Positions 25,235-36,810 of a DNA stretch of 64,000 nt are shown in pieces. Origin of the DNA: Entomortierella parvispora E1425 (lineage: Eukaryota; Fungi; Mortierellomycota); contig BQFW01000007.1 of assembly GCA_020891255.1 (NCBI GenBank), forward strand, positions 1,302,001 to 1,366,000, written 5' to 3'. Every line of letters begins with the position of its first letter. The first letter of the stretch is position 1. Under the pieces are notes generated by a model that worked only from the letters and a program-made list of their open reading frames with translations, had not been told where the DNA came from and did not search any database. Both the position numbers and the translations under genes were made by a program.

Positions 25235-28200
25235 TTATGCTGCGACGCGCGGTTGTGTCCACAGGCGAAGGCTCAACAAAGCCGCGATGCCTGCCATGAC
25301 TCCTCCAAATCGAAGCATTACACCAATGGTGTCAGGGTCTCCGGCTGTCGTTTCAGCGTCGCCAAGCGTGTCCTCCTGCTTGCCATGGGGCTCGATTGCA
25401 GCAAAGACCAAGCTGCTGAGAAAGCTGACTAGGAACTGTGGCAACACAATATACATGTTGTGAATTCCCAGAAGCGCTCCTGCAGAGGAGCCTTCAGGTG
25501 CAACGGCTGCCTGGGATGAAGGTGGTGTTTCTGAATTCGGTTGGCCAGATCCATCCATGGATGTACTATATCGTGTTCCATACCGGTTAGATTCAGTTTG
25601 CCCCTGACCATTGGATGTAGCGCCTTGACTCCCTGATCGCATTTTGCGTCCAGAATTATGTGATCTCGAGAGTCGTGGGCGTGAGTGTTTTGAAACCAAC
25701 CTTTGTTCATCCTCGTTTTGAATGGAGTAAAGATGATGTCGTGGGTTGTCACCTTCGTCTTCATTGTCATTACTTGTTTCAGACTCGGTGTCGATATGTG
25801 CATAGACTTTTCCTTGAACGGACCATCCCGGTGTATTGGATACTCTAGATTGCGATGAACCCTCTGAGGGGGATGGCGTTCCAATGCGGCTTCTAAAAGA
25901 ATCTGAAACGACAATCGCCGGCCGACCAACATTCGTATTGGATGATGAGGCGGTTACGATCTCCTCTTGACTCGCTCGGGTCTTGACAGGAAGATATCTG
26001 CGCCCTGACGTGTCTTCCACCATGCCAATTTCTTCGCCTTCATCCTCATCCGCCACAAAATAACCATCCTTGGAGTATACGATCTCGATGGAATCTATGC
26101 CCTCGACATATTGTGATTGTGGGCGATTGCGTAGCTGTTCTTGATGTTGTTCCTCCTGCATTCGTTGAGAGATGACCTCGCCCATGATTGAAAATGGGGC
26201 CCACATCGATACCGCCCAAGCGATGCCACAGCACGAAAACAAGATGGTTGATCCGTATAGGTCATGGACATATAGCGTGCTGATCCACGAAAACGAGGCA
26301 AGCACGAGTGAGAGAGTATAGAGCTTAGGTAACGTGAGCCCCTTGATTGGCGGTCTTGCCCATCGCGGTATCGCGAGTTGTCGCCACTTTGACGAACGCT
26401 TCTGTCCAATGCTGCCTGGGATTGTCGTTGTCCTTGGATTCGAGAATGGCCCTGAGGAGTTTGGAGTGGATTTGGAAGACGCGGGGGTCACAAAAATTGG
26501 CAATATAATCGACGCCGCCAGAGACACAATAGAGTATACCAGCAAACAAAAGGATCCTGCTCTGACAGCTGCATCCTGGACACCTGCGCCGGGATCCAGA
26601 CTTCCATCGTATGGTTCGTTGGGAGTTCCTCCCTGGGAATGCTCCTTCGTAAAAATTTCTGCAATGTAGGTTGAAGAGTAAAATAGGAATGGAAACCATC
26701 CCATCCAGGCAAAGAATTGGACGTTGCAAAGATGCTGGATACGCGTAGGTAAATATCGAATGGCACTATAGATAGATTCGAATCCCAGAGAGAACTCGTG
26801 CCAAAACGAGGTGGAAGACCTAGAGTTGTTCCCGAAAAAGAAGGCGTTGTTTCAATACAAGATGTTCCATTTTTTAGCCAAAAAGAAGAGAAGGCGAGAG
26901 AGGAGAGAGAGAATGATTCGACTTACTTTGGACCGCGCACCATCACTTTTTCTGTTACAGTGATGCAAGTCAGTCCAACCGTAGCAATCAAGAATAGACA
27001 TGCTATGACACAGAGGCCTTTGATCTGTGTGTCTCCAAAGATCGGGACCTTCGCTGGCAGGTCTATGTTGCCCGTGAAGTAGCCCAAAATACCGCCAATG
27101 CCCATTAGTCGGCTTGCCCAGGAGGCTGCCATCTCCTGTTGCGATGACGGTAAGCTGTCCACAATTAATGTCCTACAGCTTGCTTGGACTGTAGAAATGG
27201 CTTGTGTCAATGAACATAGTGAGGAGAACACAAGATATATGGTCAAGACACACAAGACTTACCACAATTGATTGCAAAGTCGAGAACATAGATCGACGCC
27301 ACCGCCATCAATATTGTCGCTGTGTCGATCTAACGATATGACCGACCAAAGAAAAAAAAATTAGAATGGCTTTATCCTGCCGCCGTATCAATGTCTAGTA
27401 ATGGGTTCTTACAGTAGGATAATCTGCACCGAGAATCAGCGTCATGATCTCTTTGCACCATCCTAGGAACAAGAATGATACGATGACAGCTGCGACCCCG
27501 ACAATCAGAAAAGGTCTTCTTCTGCCCATCCGTGAAGTGCATCTATCAGACAGAACGCCCACCACTGGCTGCATCACCAGCCCTACAACAGACAAAACTA
27601 GTGAGTACAAGAATGAAATTTTTTTGCTAACAATGAAAGTCTCAGAGAGTAATCAACACACCAGAAAGGGGTCCCGCCAACCAGACCAGGGACATGAGCG
27701 ACTTTGACAATCCGAGTTGCAGGAGAAATGGGGTACCATAAGCCATCTCCACAGACCCTATGAATCAGCGAGCAGAAACGCGAGGCGGAGACAGAAAACG
27801 AATTAGCCCAATGATCATCCCGAGGAATAGGCTCAAATCCACCCACCCGAGGAGCAATGACATCAGAGATGGAGGATCGATGGTCCACACTGATAACCGG
27901 TTAGGTGTGCGCACTCCCTCTGTCGACGCATGGTACTACTATTCTAGACTCTGTAGTGCAGGGAACAGCCATTGCTCGAGACTACCTACAAGTGAACTGG
28001 AGACTGAAGAAAAAAAATGCCCGCACATGAGGATTCATGTTAGTACTTGTAGTCAGCTCTGCAGTCTGTCAGCAAACATAAAAGCAGCGACATCATTCTT
28101 TACCCCATCAGAGCTGTGGTCAAGAGAATAAAACGTATCGTCCTGTTGGGGCCCCAGATGCGAGCTCTTCCATGGAGACCTGGTTTCCTCTCATAGCGAA

Positions 28201-28339
28201 GAGTTGTCGACGGTATGCAGTCGATATCATCGGGGTGTTCTCTTCGCCTTTGAGCTGGGTCTGATGAGTCTTGCGAATACGACATTGCTGATGGCATTTC
28301 TTCGACAGCAGTAGGCGATGAGAAAACTGCAACGGTCAT
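25235..28339 (-). CDS. GPH-family (SUC/SUT, SLC45-like) sugar:H+ symporter, multi-exon
   Basis: GLQFTWSVEMAYGTPFLLQLG, VWLAGPLSG, MQPVVGVLSDRCTSRMGRRRPF, RTLIVDSLP, MGWFPFLFYSSTYI and GALLGIHNMYIVLPQF. Resembles plant SUT and fission-yeast Sut1 type permeases. Confidence 0.88.
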
Positions 28340-28670
28340 GCTGATTGGGTGAGTTGCGGTCAAATGGGAATTCCTGACATGCAACCAACGTCCAGGGTAA
28401 GTTGTGGTGAGTGAGAGCAAATGCGCTAAGGTTGAACTAAAGAGAAGGGGGAGAGTGATGGAAGCAAGACAGACAACAAGACCGCAAGAATAGAATGGGG
28501 AGATGCAAGGTGAATGGATGCAGGAGCAAAGGAAGGGGGATGGGATGGAAGAAAGGAAAGAAGAGCGCAGGCGCGCAAAGGGGTGTTGACCTCCTATCGT
28601 GTGCATTCATTCCCGCTAGGACCGTTGATACGTGGTCTGTGTGCACCATCTTTTATTATTACATTTTCAT

Positions 28671-31600
28671 TTATGACTTTGTCTTGCCTCCGCCTGCAAG
28701 CACCATCAGCTCTTCGAGTCCTGTTGGCATCCAGACCCCAGTCTCCGGCATCTTGACAAACGCAACCTCATCTGTCATGTGCACTAGGATACCCCCGGAC
28801 GTTCCAGTCGAATTGCCACCTAGTCTATACAATGGCCTTCCGGACCGTTCGTGTGTTTGTTTTGTCACGACAAACAGCAATGAGTTTTGAGTGGCATAGT
28901 CTTGAACAAGATCCTTGAACGAGACAGATTGGACAAGATGTTTCTTGGTCTGGAGACGGGCCAGTGGGTTTGAGCTGGCGCCACTACCATTCGCACCACT
29001 AGCTTGGGCCTGGGCCTGGGCCAGGTCTGCAGGTGGCATGATCTTGAGTCCTGCCATAAATTGGTTGATCATGTCCAAACCTCTTCTGAAGCCTGTCGAT
29101 ACTGCACTATCCTGGAGAACCTGAGCTGGGAAGAGTGATTTCCACCACTGGTACCACTGCGACACTTGATCCAGATCCGTTGTCGAGGGGTGGGTCAACC
29201 AAAGGTACAGGACCTGATGCCACTTCGGGAAGAACTCGTTCACCAAGAGAGAGCTGAACGTTGTGGATGGGAAGAAGACATGCCATGGTAGCACTGCTTG
29301 CAATGTTTCAATCTTTTGATCCCGGGGATTGATCTCAAAGAGCTGCAGTCCTTCAACCAGCTTGGGCAAGACTGATTTCAACAACAGCAACTCCATGTCT
29401 GATGGGTCAAACACACCACGCCATGGTTCCAAAACGTGCAAGCCACTGGGGTCCAGTATATTCCATGCAGTGAGGCCGGACGCCAATTTCCTCCGGATAT
29501 CTCCAAACAGCTCCTCCTCTAACCGTCCTTCACCAATGATTGGGAGCCAAGGGTGAATCCAGGTATGAAGCATTAGAGAGTCGCGGGGGCTCCACCGTTC
29601 AACTTCTTTAGCGAGCTTGGGCATGATAAGCTGGGTGATGATATTGTCCTGGATAAATGCAGGCAAGAGTGGCGGCGCCCATGCCTCGAGTAACTCTATT
29701 ACTGGATCACAGTCGCGTGGATTCCAATAATTATTGATAGCAGACCTGACCTTGGGAAGCCATTGGTGATTGAGAAGACTCTCGTAAGCAGTCATTCTTT
29801 CCACTTGCTGTTGTTTGCCTCCGTAAGAGGGCATATCATCCCGGCTGTCGATCATGCCTTGGTTGTGGTTATAAGTTACCCGAGAGGTGCGAAGTAACTT
29901 CATCCATTTCCTGAATGTTCCGGCGCCAAGGGTGGGTTTGGCCAAAACATCCCAGTCCTTGTATAGCCTCTTAAAGCTGTCCTGAATAGAAGCAATGACG
30001 ACTTGGTCCAGTTCATAGGTCTGGTACTCTTCAAAGTACAATCCTGCAAACAGATCGAATGGCTCTTGGAACGCTTTCTCTAGCAACTCTTCCTGCATTT
30101 CGACAACAACTTCGCCCGTTGTATCGCTTGACGATTGCCGGATATCATTCGATATCTGCGCACATTGTTCTGAAAGTGCCATGACCTTGAGCAACCTCTC
30201 CAGATTCTCCTCGTCCTGATTGACAAGTCTCTGGATCCGTGCGCCCTCCTTCTCCAAAATCTGCTGACGAACATGGTCGGCCTTTTGTTTCCTTGCCAAA
30301 TGTTCCAGGTCTGTGGTCGAGATATCTGCCATCAACTCCATGTTGTGACGCATCTCTGGGAAGCGCTCCTGTGAGGCTGCGATTGCTGAACTAATTTGAC
30401 TTGCTGAGCTCAGTTCTCGGACCTAACGCGGTTTGCAAGTAAAAATGAAACGGGTTAAGGAACCATTGATAGTTCATAATCATCAGAAAGAGAATGGCCA
30501 TGATAAAAGTACCTCTTTGCCCGTCATATCAAAGATCTTCTGAGGTTGCGCTTGAGTCATAGGCAAATCTCCAGACTCGATCTCCTGTTGAATTTCAGCA
30601 GCGGTCTTGTATTCAACCTTGGGCTTTCTCTTGGAACCTCGAGTACTCGACTTTTTCCATCCATCAGACTTGAGCTCCTTTTCCTTCTTGTCAGCTTCTC
30701 CAGATTTCTTTTTTCCTTTGGTGTCTTCCTCCTCATCAGAGCTGACGGCATAACCTCTCCGCTTCTCTTCAGCGCGATCTTGGTCGGTTTTTTCCTTAAA
30801 TCCTTTGAAACCGATACCCATCTTCACAGGGCGCAGCTTTGTCTGGATGGGCTCTACGATACCAACGCCTCCAGCTCCAAGACCATAACCTTTCTTCCAA
30901 CCCATCTTTTCCAACATTTTGAGACCAAATCCGCTTCCTTTTGCTGAGAATGCACCATAGTCCTTGGCAACTTTGACCGGTACAGCAACGGGTGCCTCGG
31001 ATTTAGGACTGGATGTAGATGCTGGCGTAGAGGGTCGTGGTGATGATGCTGCGCTATCGTCCTTAAAGCCCGCCCGATTCGCAAATGAGCTGAGAAGACT
31101 GTGTCCAGCCTGTCTACTCCTTGCTGGAGGTCTTGGGCTGTTCCCAGAGGCGGAAGGTGAGCCGGGTTCTGATGAAAGTCCGAGTCCAGCCCTGATAGAA
31201 GCCGCCATCGCTTTGTTGGTGGGAGGCGCGGGCGATGAGGGTGTGGATTCCTGGCCTTCCATTTCTTCAGTTTGACGAATGCTTGCTCCCAGCCCAATGC
31301 CTGGCTTTGAGAGAGATGGAGCCTGCACACGGTCTTCGTAAGCATCGATTTCCCGCTGACTTTCTCTTTGAAGAGCCTTGAAGGCAGCCTCTCTCTCCCG
31401 CCTAGCTTCTCCTTCTTCCTCGTCCGAGTCCTGATCTTCATCTACATCCATATCATCCCGGTCACTTGCTGAGTCGCTATCCCGGCTGCTTGTGTCGGAA
31501 TGAGAAGATGGGTCCTCGTCTCCATTGGCGGGACTTGGTGAAGATCTAGAAGGGCGAGGGTTTGCTGAAGAAGAGGCGGCGACAAACTCGAATCCTTCCC

Positions 31601-31943
31601 GTCTGCGCGCCCTGGAGCGACCAGCGCCCGATCTACCAGCCGCGCGTTCGTCCTCGGACCCTGATTCTAAAAATGAGCCATAGATTGCGTCTTCTTTTGT
31701 TCGTTTGCGTCGTCCGCTATGTGTTGGGTCTAGAAGAAACAGAGGAGAGAAGCGAGCCGTTAGTACATGAAAGATACAGAGTCAAGATGGGCAGTATGTG
31801 TGAAGCAGCGGCGTGAGTGAGTGAATTGTACCTCTAAACTGCTCAGCCTCATCGTCGAGATCTCGCTGGGTGATGCCTCGTTCCTGCGGGGTGTCGTCGT
31901 CGGACGAGTACGAGTCCTCGAGTGCGTGTTTCCTGCGTGGCAT
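28671..31943 (-). CDS. TFIP11: Tuftelin-interacting protein 11 / Ntr1-Spp382, G-patch spliceosome-disassembly factor
   Basis: N-terminal RKRTKEDAIYGSF, G-patch GFGLKMLEKMGWKKGYGLG...IVEPIQTKLRP..MGIG and GCFC domain (MRHNMELM...WLPKVRSAINNYWNPRD...WIHPWLP). Confidence 0.92.
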
Positions 31944-32292
31944 TGCCTCTGGCAGAGTGTCGGCTAGAGTGCTGTGAGTCGGGTGGAGGAGAGGAAGGAA
32001 GGGAGGGGGAAGGCGATGGGTCTGAACAAACAAGAGGCAAGAGGGCTGATGCACTGATGCACTAGAGGTGTGATCTCGACAATGTCTTCGCATCTTCAGA
32101 TCACGTGCACCACATCCTCCTTCTCTTTTCTTTCTCTGCTTCTCCTCCTTGTTCCTCATGCAACTTCCCACTCCGTCCCTGAAATCGCCTCTTTCGTGTC
32201 CGTTTCGCTCCTCCCTTCCCCTTCTTTGATCTCCATCCCATCTTCATCTTTCTTTCCTCCCTACCTTCCATCCCCTCTATCCCTCTTCCATT

Positions 32293-35037
32293 ATGTTGAG
32301 GTCATCGGGCTACCAAAAGTCCAATGCTGGCTCTGCTGTCGGCACCCCCACCTTGAAGCGAACCACCGCTTCGTCGCCTTCCAACAACACTTCCGCCCAC
32401 AACACACCCGACGTCGGTCTCTCGACCTCTGAAATGGCCCGCAAGAGGCAGACTCGCAAGGACGAAGCCATTCGTAAGAAGCTGGACCAAGAGCTTGGCC
32501 GCAAGAAGCCTTCCACTCGCGCACATGGGTCCACGCGACCTGTTCAGGGCACCGTTGGCTCACTTCGGTACGTTCTAGCATGGCTGGAGAGGTCACTGTT
32601 TGCCTCTTTGTCTGTCAGCACTCGTGGGCGTCGACCTTCTAAAAGTGTCTGCTGTATCGACTTGAAAGAAAAGAGGAAAGAAAAAAAAGTAACTAACCAT
32701 GTCATGTTGCCTCTTTCTTTGTGTCTGTGCTCCACCGTTTCCGTTTCCGTTTTTCCGTTACTGCGTTGTATTTTCGTCTTCTTCGCATGCAGTCCTTCCC
32801 CTGCGCTGACTCTTCCCGACACCGCCATGGTGGTCGATGCTGCTAGGTAAACATTCCTTGGGTCTCACAATCACAGACAATGATATGAACTGCACGACAA
32901 TCTTGTTCAACCAGAAGCGACAAACAGCCAGGGCTCTGAACTTGTTGGGCGGCTGATCACTAAACTCTGAGCTTCGACATCTAAATCTGTCCTGTTTGCT
33001 AACCCCCCACCCTCTCCACGACGACCTGCTACCGACCACTACCGTAGAATCATGGCCGCCAAGAGGCAAGTTTGACTGGGTTGCTCAATTTTTGTTTTTA
33101 TTGTTTCTGTTTGTTACTCGGCTCTGGATGTCCGCATGTTCCGCTCATGATCTTGCTAACAGCATGTCTTGCATGTATATAGAGCCGACGCAGTCCTTGT
33201 GATCGACGCCCAGGAAACACTTGTCGGTACGTTTTCATTTTATGGATCTCATCTACTGAAAACCAAGAAACCCCCCTACAGGGTTAGGAGCAATGGATAA
33301 ACGGTCAACAATATGTCACTTACACCTTTACTCAATGGTGCCTACAGGCATCATGACCGACAAGGACTTGGCCTTCCGTGTTGTTTCTGAAGGCCTGGAT
33401 ATTCGCAACACCTTGATCTCCCAGGTTATGACAAAGGTAGGCCGTACAATGTTTTTGAAAGCAACAGAAATGGACTGAAGGAGAAAAGTGGACGCTCATC
33501 CTAATGGGTCATCCACTTTGTTTATTCCAGAACCCCTTCTGTGTCACAACGGATACCAACGCAACGGAAGCACTCAACAAAATGGTCAATGGAGGATTCC
33601 GTCACTTGCCCTGTCTTAATACTGATGGTGAAGTCGTTGGCTTGTTGGATATCACAAAGTGCCTTTATGAGGCTTTGGAAAAGTTGGAGAAGGCTCACCA
33701 GTCATCCAAGAAGTTGGTTGATGCGCTCCAGGGAATGCAGTCAGAATGGGCACAGCCTGCCAACCCAGAGCTGCAAAACTATGTGGATATTGTAAGTCAC
33801 CATGCTTCACTTTTGGATGAAAAAAGGTATTGCGCGATATTGGCTTGTTCTAAGAGCTGTTTTATGCCATTGTGCCTTACTAGATGAGAGAAAAGATGGC
33901 TTCGCCTGATCTGAATACTATCCTCGAAGAAAACCTTGGTGTGGCAGAGATTGGAACGAGGACCTCAGTGAGGGAGGCTTCCAGGATCATGAAGCAATGT
34001 CATACTACTGCCAGTTTGATCATGGAAGATGGACGCATCGCTGGTATCTTTACTACCAAGGTACTGATTTTTTAGGGCAGGAACGAAGGCGAATTTGAAC
34101 TACTGAGTCCTGGATCCAAAAGTCAACGGCACTAACAGTCTTTCTTATGTTTCTTGAAATCGAATTCCTTCAGGACATTGTTGTCAGAGTGATGGCTGCT
34201 GGACTGGAGCCAGATAGGACATCAGTGATTCGGGTCATGACTCCTCACCCAGATACCGTTCCATCCAGAATGACCATTCTGGATGCGTTGAAGAAGATGC
34301 ACGATAACCGGTACTTGCATCTGCCTGTAGTGGATGATCACGGCCAGATGGCAGGTTTGGTCGATGTGTTGCAGGTCTCATTTGCTATGTTGAACCAGAT
34401 GAACACCATCCAGAGCGACGCGCCTGGAACAGAGGGTCAAGGCCCTGTCTGGAACAAGTTTTGGGAATCATCTTTTGCTCGTGAAGAGACTGGCTCCGAA
34501 ATCTCGGCGTCGGATGCCCGCTCAGGATTCGCGCCTCCAGCTTCGGACCTCCACTACGGTGGCGGCCCAGGAAGCATGATGGACTCCTCGGTTCTGCCAC
34601 CCTTGTCAAATCTGGACGGTTCAGGCTCAGAGTTCACATTCAAGTTCAAGGAGCCCAGTGGACAGGTCCATCGATTTGGTTCGAGCACACGGTCGTTTAC
34701 GGAGTTGCACGACAAGATTGTAGAAAAGATGGGCGCTGGACTTGAAGCGGGCTCGGATGTGGTCTTGAGCTATTGCGACGAAGAAAACGACCAGGTTCTG
34801 CTCTTGACTGACACGGATGTGGTCGAGGCTGTCCAAATGGCCTACAGGAACCAATGGCCTTTGATTCGCCTCTCGGTGACCACTACAAACTCCAAGAAAG
34901 CGGTCAAAGCGACGGCAGCAGGTGGAGCCGATGCCCAGGTAACTCTTGCAGGCCTCAACCCTGTGATTGTCTCTGGAGCTGTTGGACTCGGTGTTGGTGT
35001 TGTTATTGCTTTGGCCTTTGGACTCATGAAGAAATAG
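32293..35037 (+). CDS. CBS-domain (x4) plus PB1 protein with a C-terminal TM anchor (Mug70/CBSCBSPB-like), multi-exon
   Basis: MAAKRADAVLV...GIMTDKDLAFRVV, GGFRHLPC, VMTPHPD...YLHLPVVD. PB1 FTFKFK...LSYCDEENDQVLL and a hydrophobic C-terminus. Confidence 0.9.
33066..33182 (+). other. Non-canonical GC-AG intron following an 18-nt micro-exon (33048-33065)
   Basis: AG|GCAAGT donor, GCTAAC branch point and TATAG acceptor. Of the junctions tested, only this one yields the conserved RIMAAKR|ADAVLV. Confidence 0.75.
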
Positions 35038-35289
35038 AGGTGTCTCTTCCGACTGCGACATACATTTGTTACCGCAGAATGACTTCAAAAAATATGTAGA
35101 AAATCACAATTACATGAATAAAACGCATGAGAAACGACTGAAATGATTGAAAACACGATGATCTTGAGAACACAGAGGGAAGGAGATTTCAGCGCGAACA
35201 GCGGGCCTCCTCTCATGACCATGAGCAAGATCGGTGACAACTCAAGTGTTTTTTTTTTGTCTAAAAAAATATTTTATTTTTTTTCCTGT

Positions 35290-35927
35290 TTGTACGAGTA
35301 GGATTCTTCTTCTTCGGAGGACGACCAGGAAGAAACATATCATGCAGTGGCCTCCAATTTATCCTGTCTGAGGCTCTAGGATGTGACTGATGAGATTCGA
35401 TTCCTTGCGGGGGGGCAGATGTAAAGGTGGCCGACCCCATCCTCTCCACGGCCGGTTTATGGTGTCTGTCGCTGCTGCTTTCGGGCGTAGTTTTCACGAG
35501 AGAACGTTGTTCTTGGTTGATTCAAATGGCTTGAGATGGTGCGGACTGAGTCTAGATACCGGGGAAAGGAGCGATCTGATCTCCAATCCAGCTGTTGTGC
35601 CATCCGTCGCCATGGGCTGTCCTCCGGGTTGACGCTGATGGGACGTGTAGAGGTTTTAAACTGGCTCCTGTCACTTGACCATGTCGATATATCTTGTCTG
35701 GCACTGTCATCAACTGTGGGGACCGATCTCCTCTGAACTTGTGAGACGTAGGCCATCGTGGTTGTGTTGTCGTAAATGATGTTAAGGACCTTTCCTTGCG
35801 GCTCTGATAACTTGACGGCGAGGTACACTGGCTGCAGCTCCTTGAACTTGACGTGCTGTTGGGCAATCGGTCGTTGTCCTGATTCCTGCGGTCCGTTGAC
35901 TATCGCCTTCTTCTTGACCCCCTTCAT
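35290..35927 (-). mobile_element. Degenerate DIRS-type (tyrosine-recombinase retrotransposon) pol fragment: RNase H plus downstream domain, multiple frameshifts
   Basis: Frame-stitched peptide HVKFKELQPVYLAVKL...GKVLNIIYDNTTTMAYV/HKFRGDRSPQLMTV...LHVPSA/NPEDSPWRRMAQQLDW fits the DIRS1 RNase H pattern HINxxEL..DNxTxxAYINxxGGxRS..HIPxxxNxxADxxSR. It is followed by PKAAATDT..PW..WGR/LYICPP/NLISHIL. Confidence 0.75.
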
Positions 35928-35949
35928 TCTCCCATTCCTTGACCTTCAC

Positions 35950-36810
35950 CTCTCCCTCTTACTCTGTTATTACTCTAGTCAGGTAGAGGCCCCCATCATC
36001 TTCCGCAACAGTGACAGCCACAGAGTTCTCCTTTCCCTCTTACTCTGTTATTACTCTAGTCAGGTAGAAGCCCCGCATCGTCTTCCGCAACAATGACAGC
36101 CACAGAGTTCTCGCCTGGAATCTCTCCCTTCATACTCCATTCACTATCAGATCCATCTCCCCCTCTTACTCTGCTATTACTCTAGTCATGTAGAGGCCCC
36201 CATCATCTTCCGCAACAGTGACAGCCACAGAGTTCTTCTCTCCCTCTTACTCTGTTATTACTCTAGTCAGGTAGAAGCCCCGCATCGTCTTCCGTAACAG
36301 TGACAGCCACAGAGTTCTCTCCTGGAATCTCTCCTTTCATACTCTATTCACTATCAGATCCATCTCTCCCTCTTACTCTGTTATTACTCTAGTCAGGTAG
36401 AGGCCCCCACCATCTTCCGTAACGGTGACAGCCACAGAGTTCTTCTCTCCCTCTTACTCTGTTATTACTCTAGTCAGGTAGAAGCCCCGCATCGTCTTCC
36501 GCAACAATGACAGCCACAGAGTTCTCGCCTGGAATCTCTCCCTTCATACTCCATTCACTATCAGATCCATCTCCCCCTCTTACTCTGCTATTACTCTAGT
36601 CATGTAGAGGCCCCCATCATCTTCCGCAACAGTGACAGCCACAGAGTTCTTCTCTCCCTCTTACTCTGTTATTACTCTAGTCAGGTAGAGGCCCCCATCA
36701 TCTTCCGTAACAGTGACAGCCACAGAGTTGTCCTCTCCCTCTTGCTCTGTTATTACTCTAGTCAGGTAGAAGCCCCACATCGTCTTCCGTAACAATGACA
36801 GCCACAGAGC
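35950..36810. repeat. Higher-order minisatellite: nine ~81-bp monomers plus three ~45-bp inserts, giving 81/126-bp spacing and a 207-bp super-unit
   Basis: The core CCCTCTT(A/G)CTCTG(T/C)TATTACTCTAGTCA starts at 35954, 36035, 36161, 36242, 36368, 36449, 36575, 36656 and 36737. Confidence 0.97.

Noticed and set aside
26775-26786. GATTCGAATCCC, resembling a tRNA T-loop/B-box
   Set aside because: No cloverleaf, D-arm or A-box; it lies within the transporter gene.
35950-36810. Repeat-spacer pattern superficially like a CRISPR array
   Set aside because: The inserts are near-identical copies rather than unique spacers, the repeats are ~81 bp, there are no cas genes and the context is eukaryotic.
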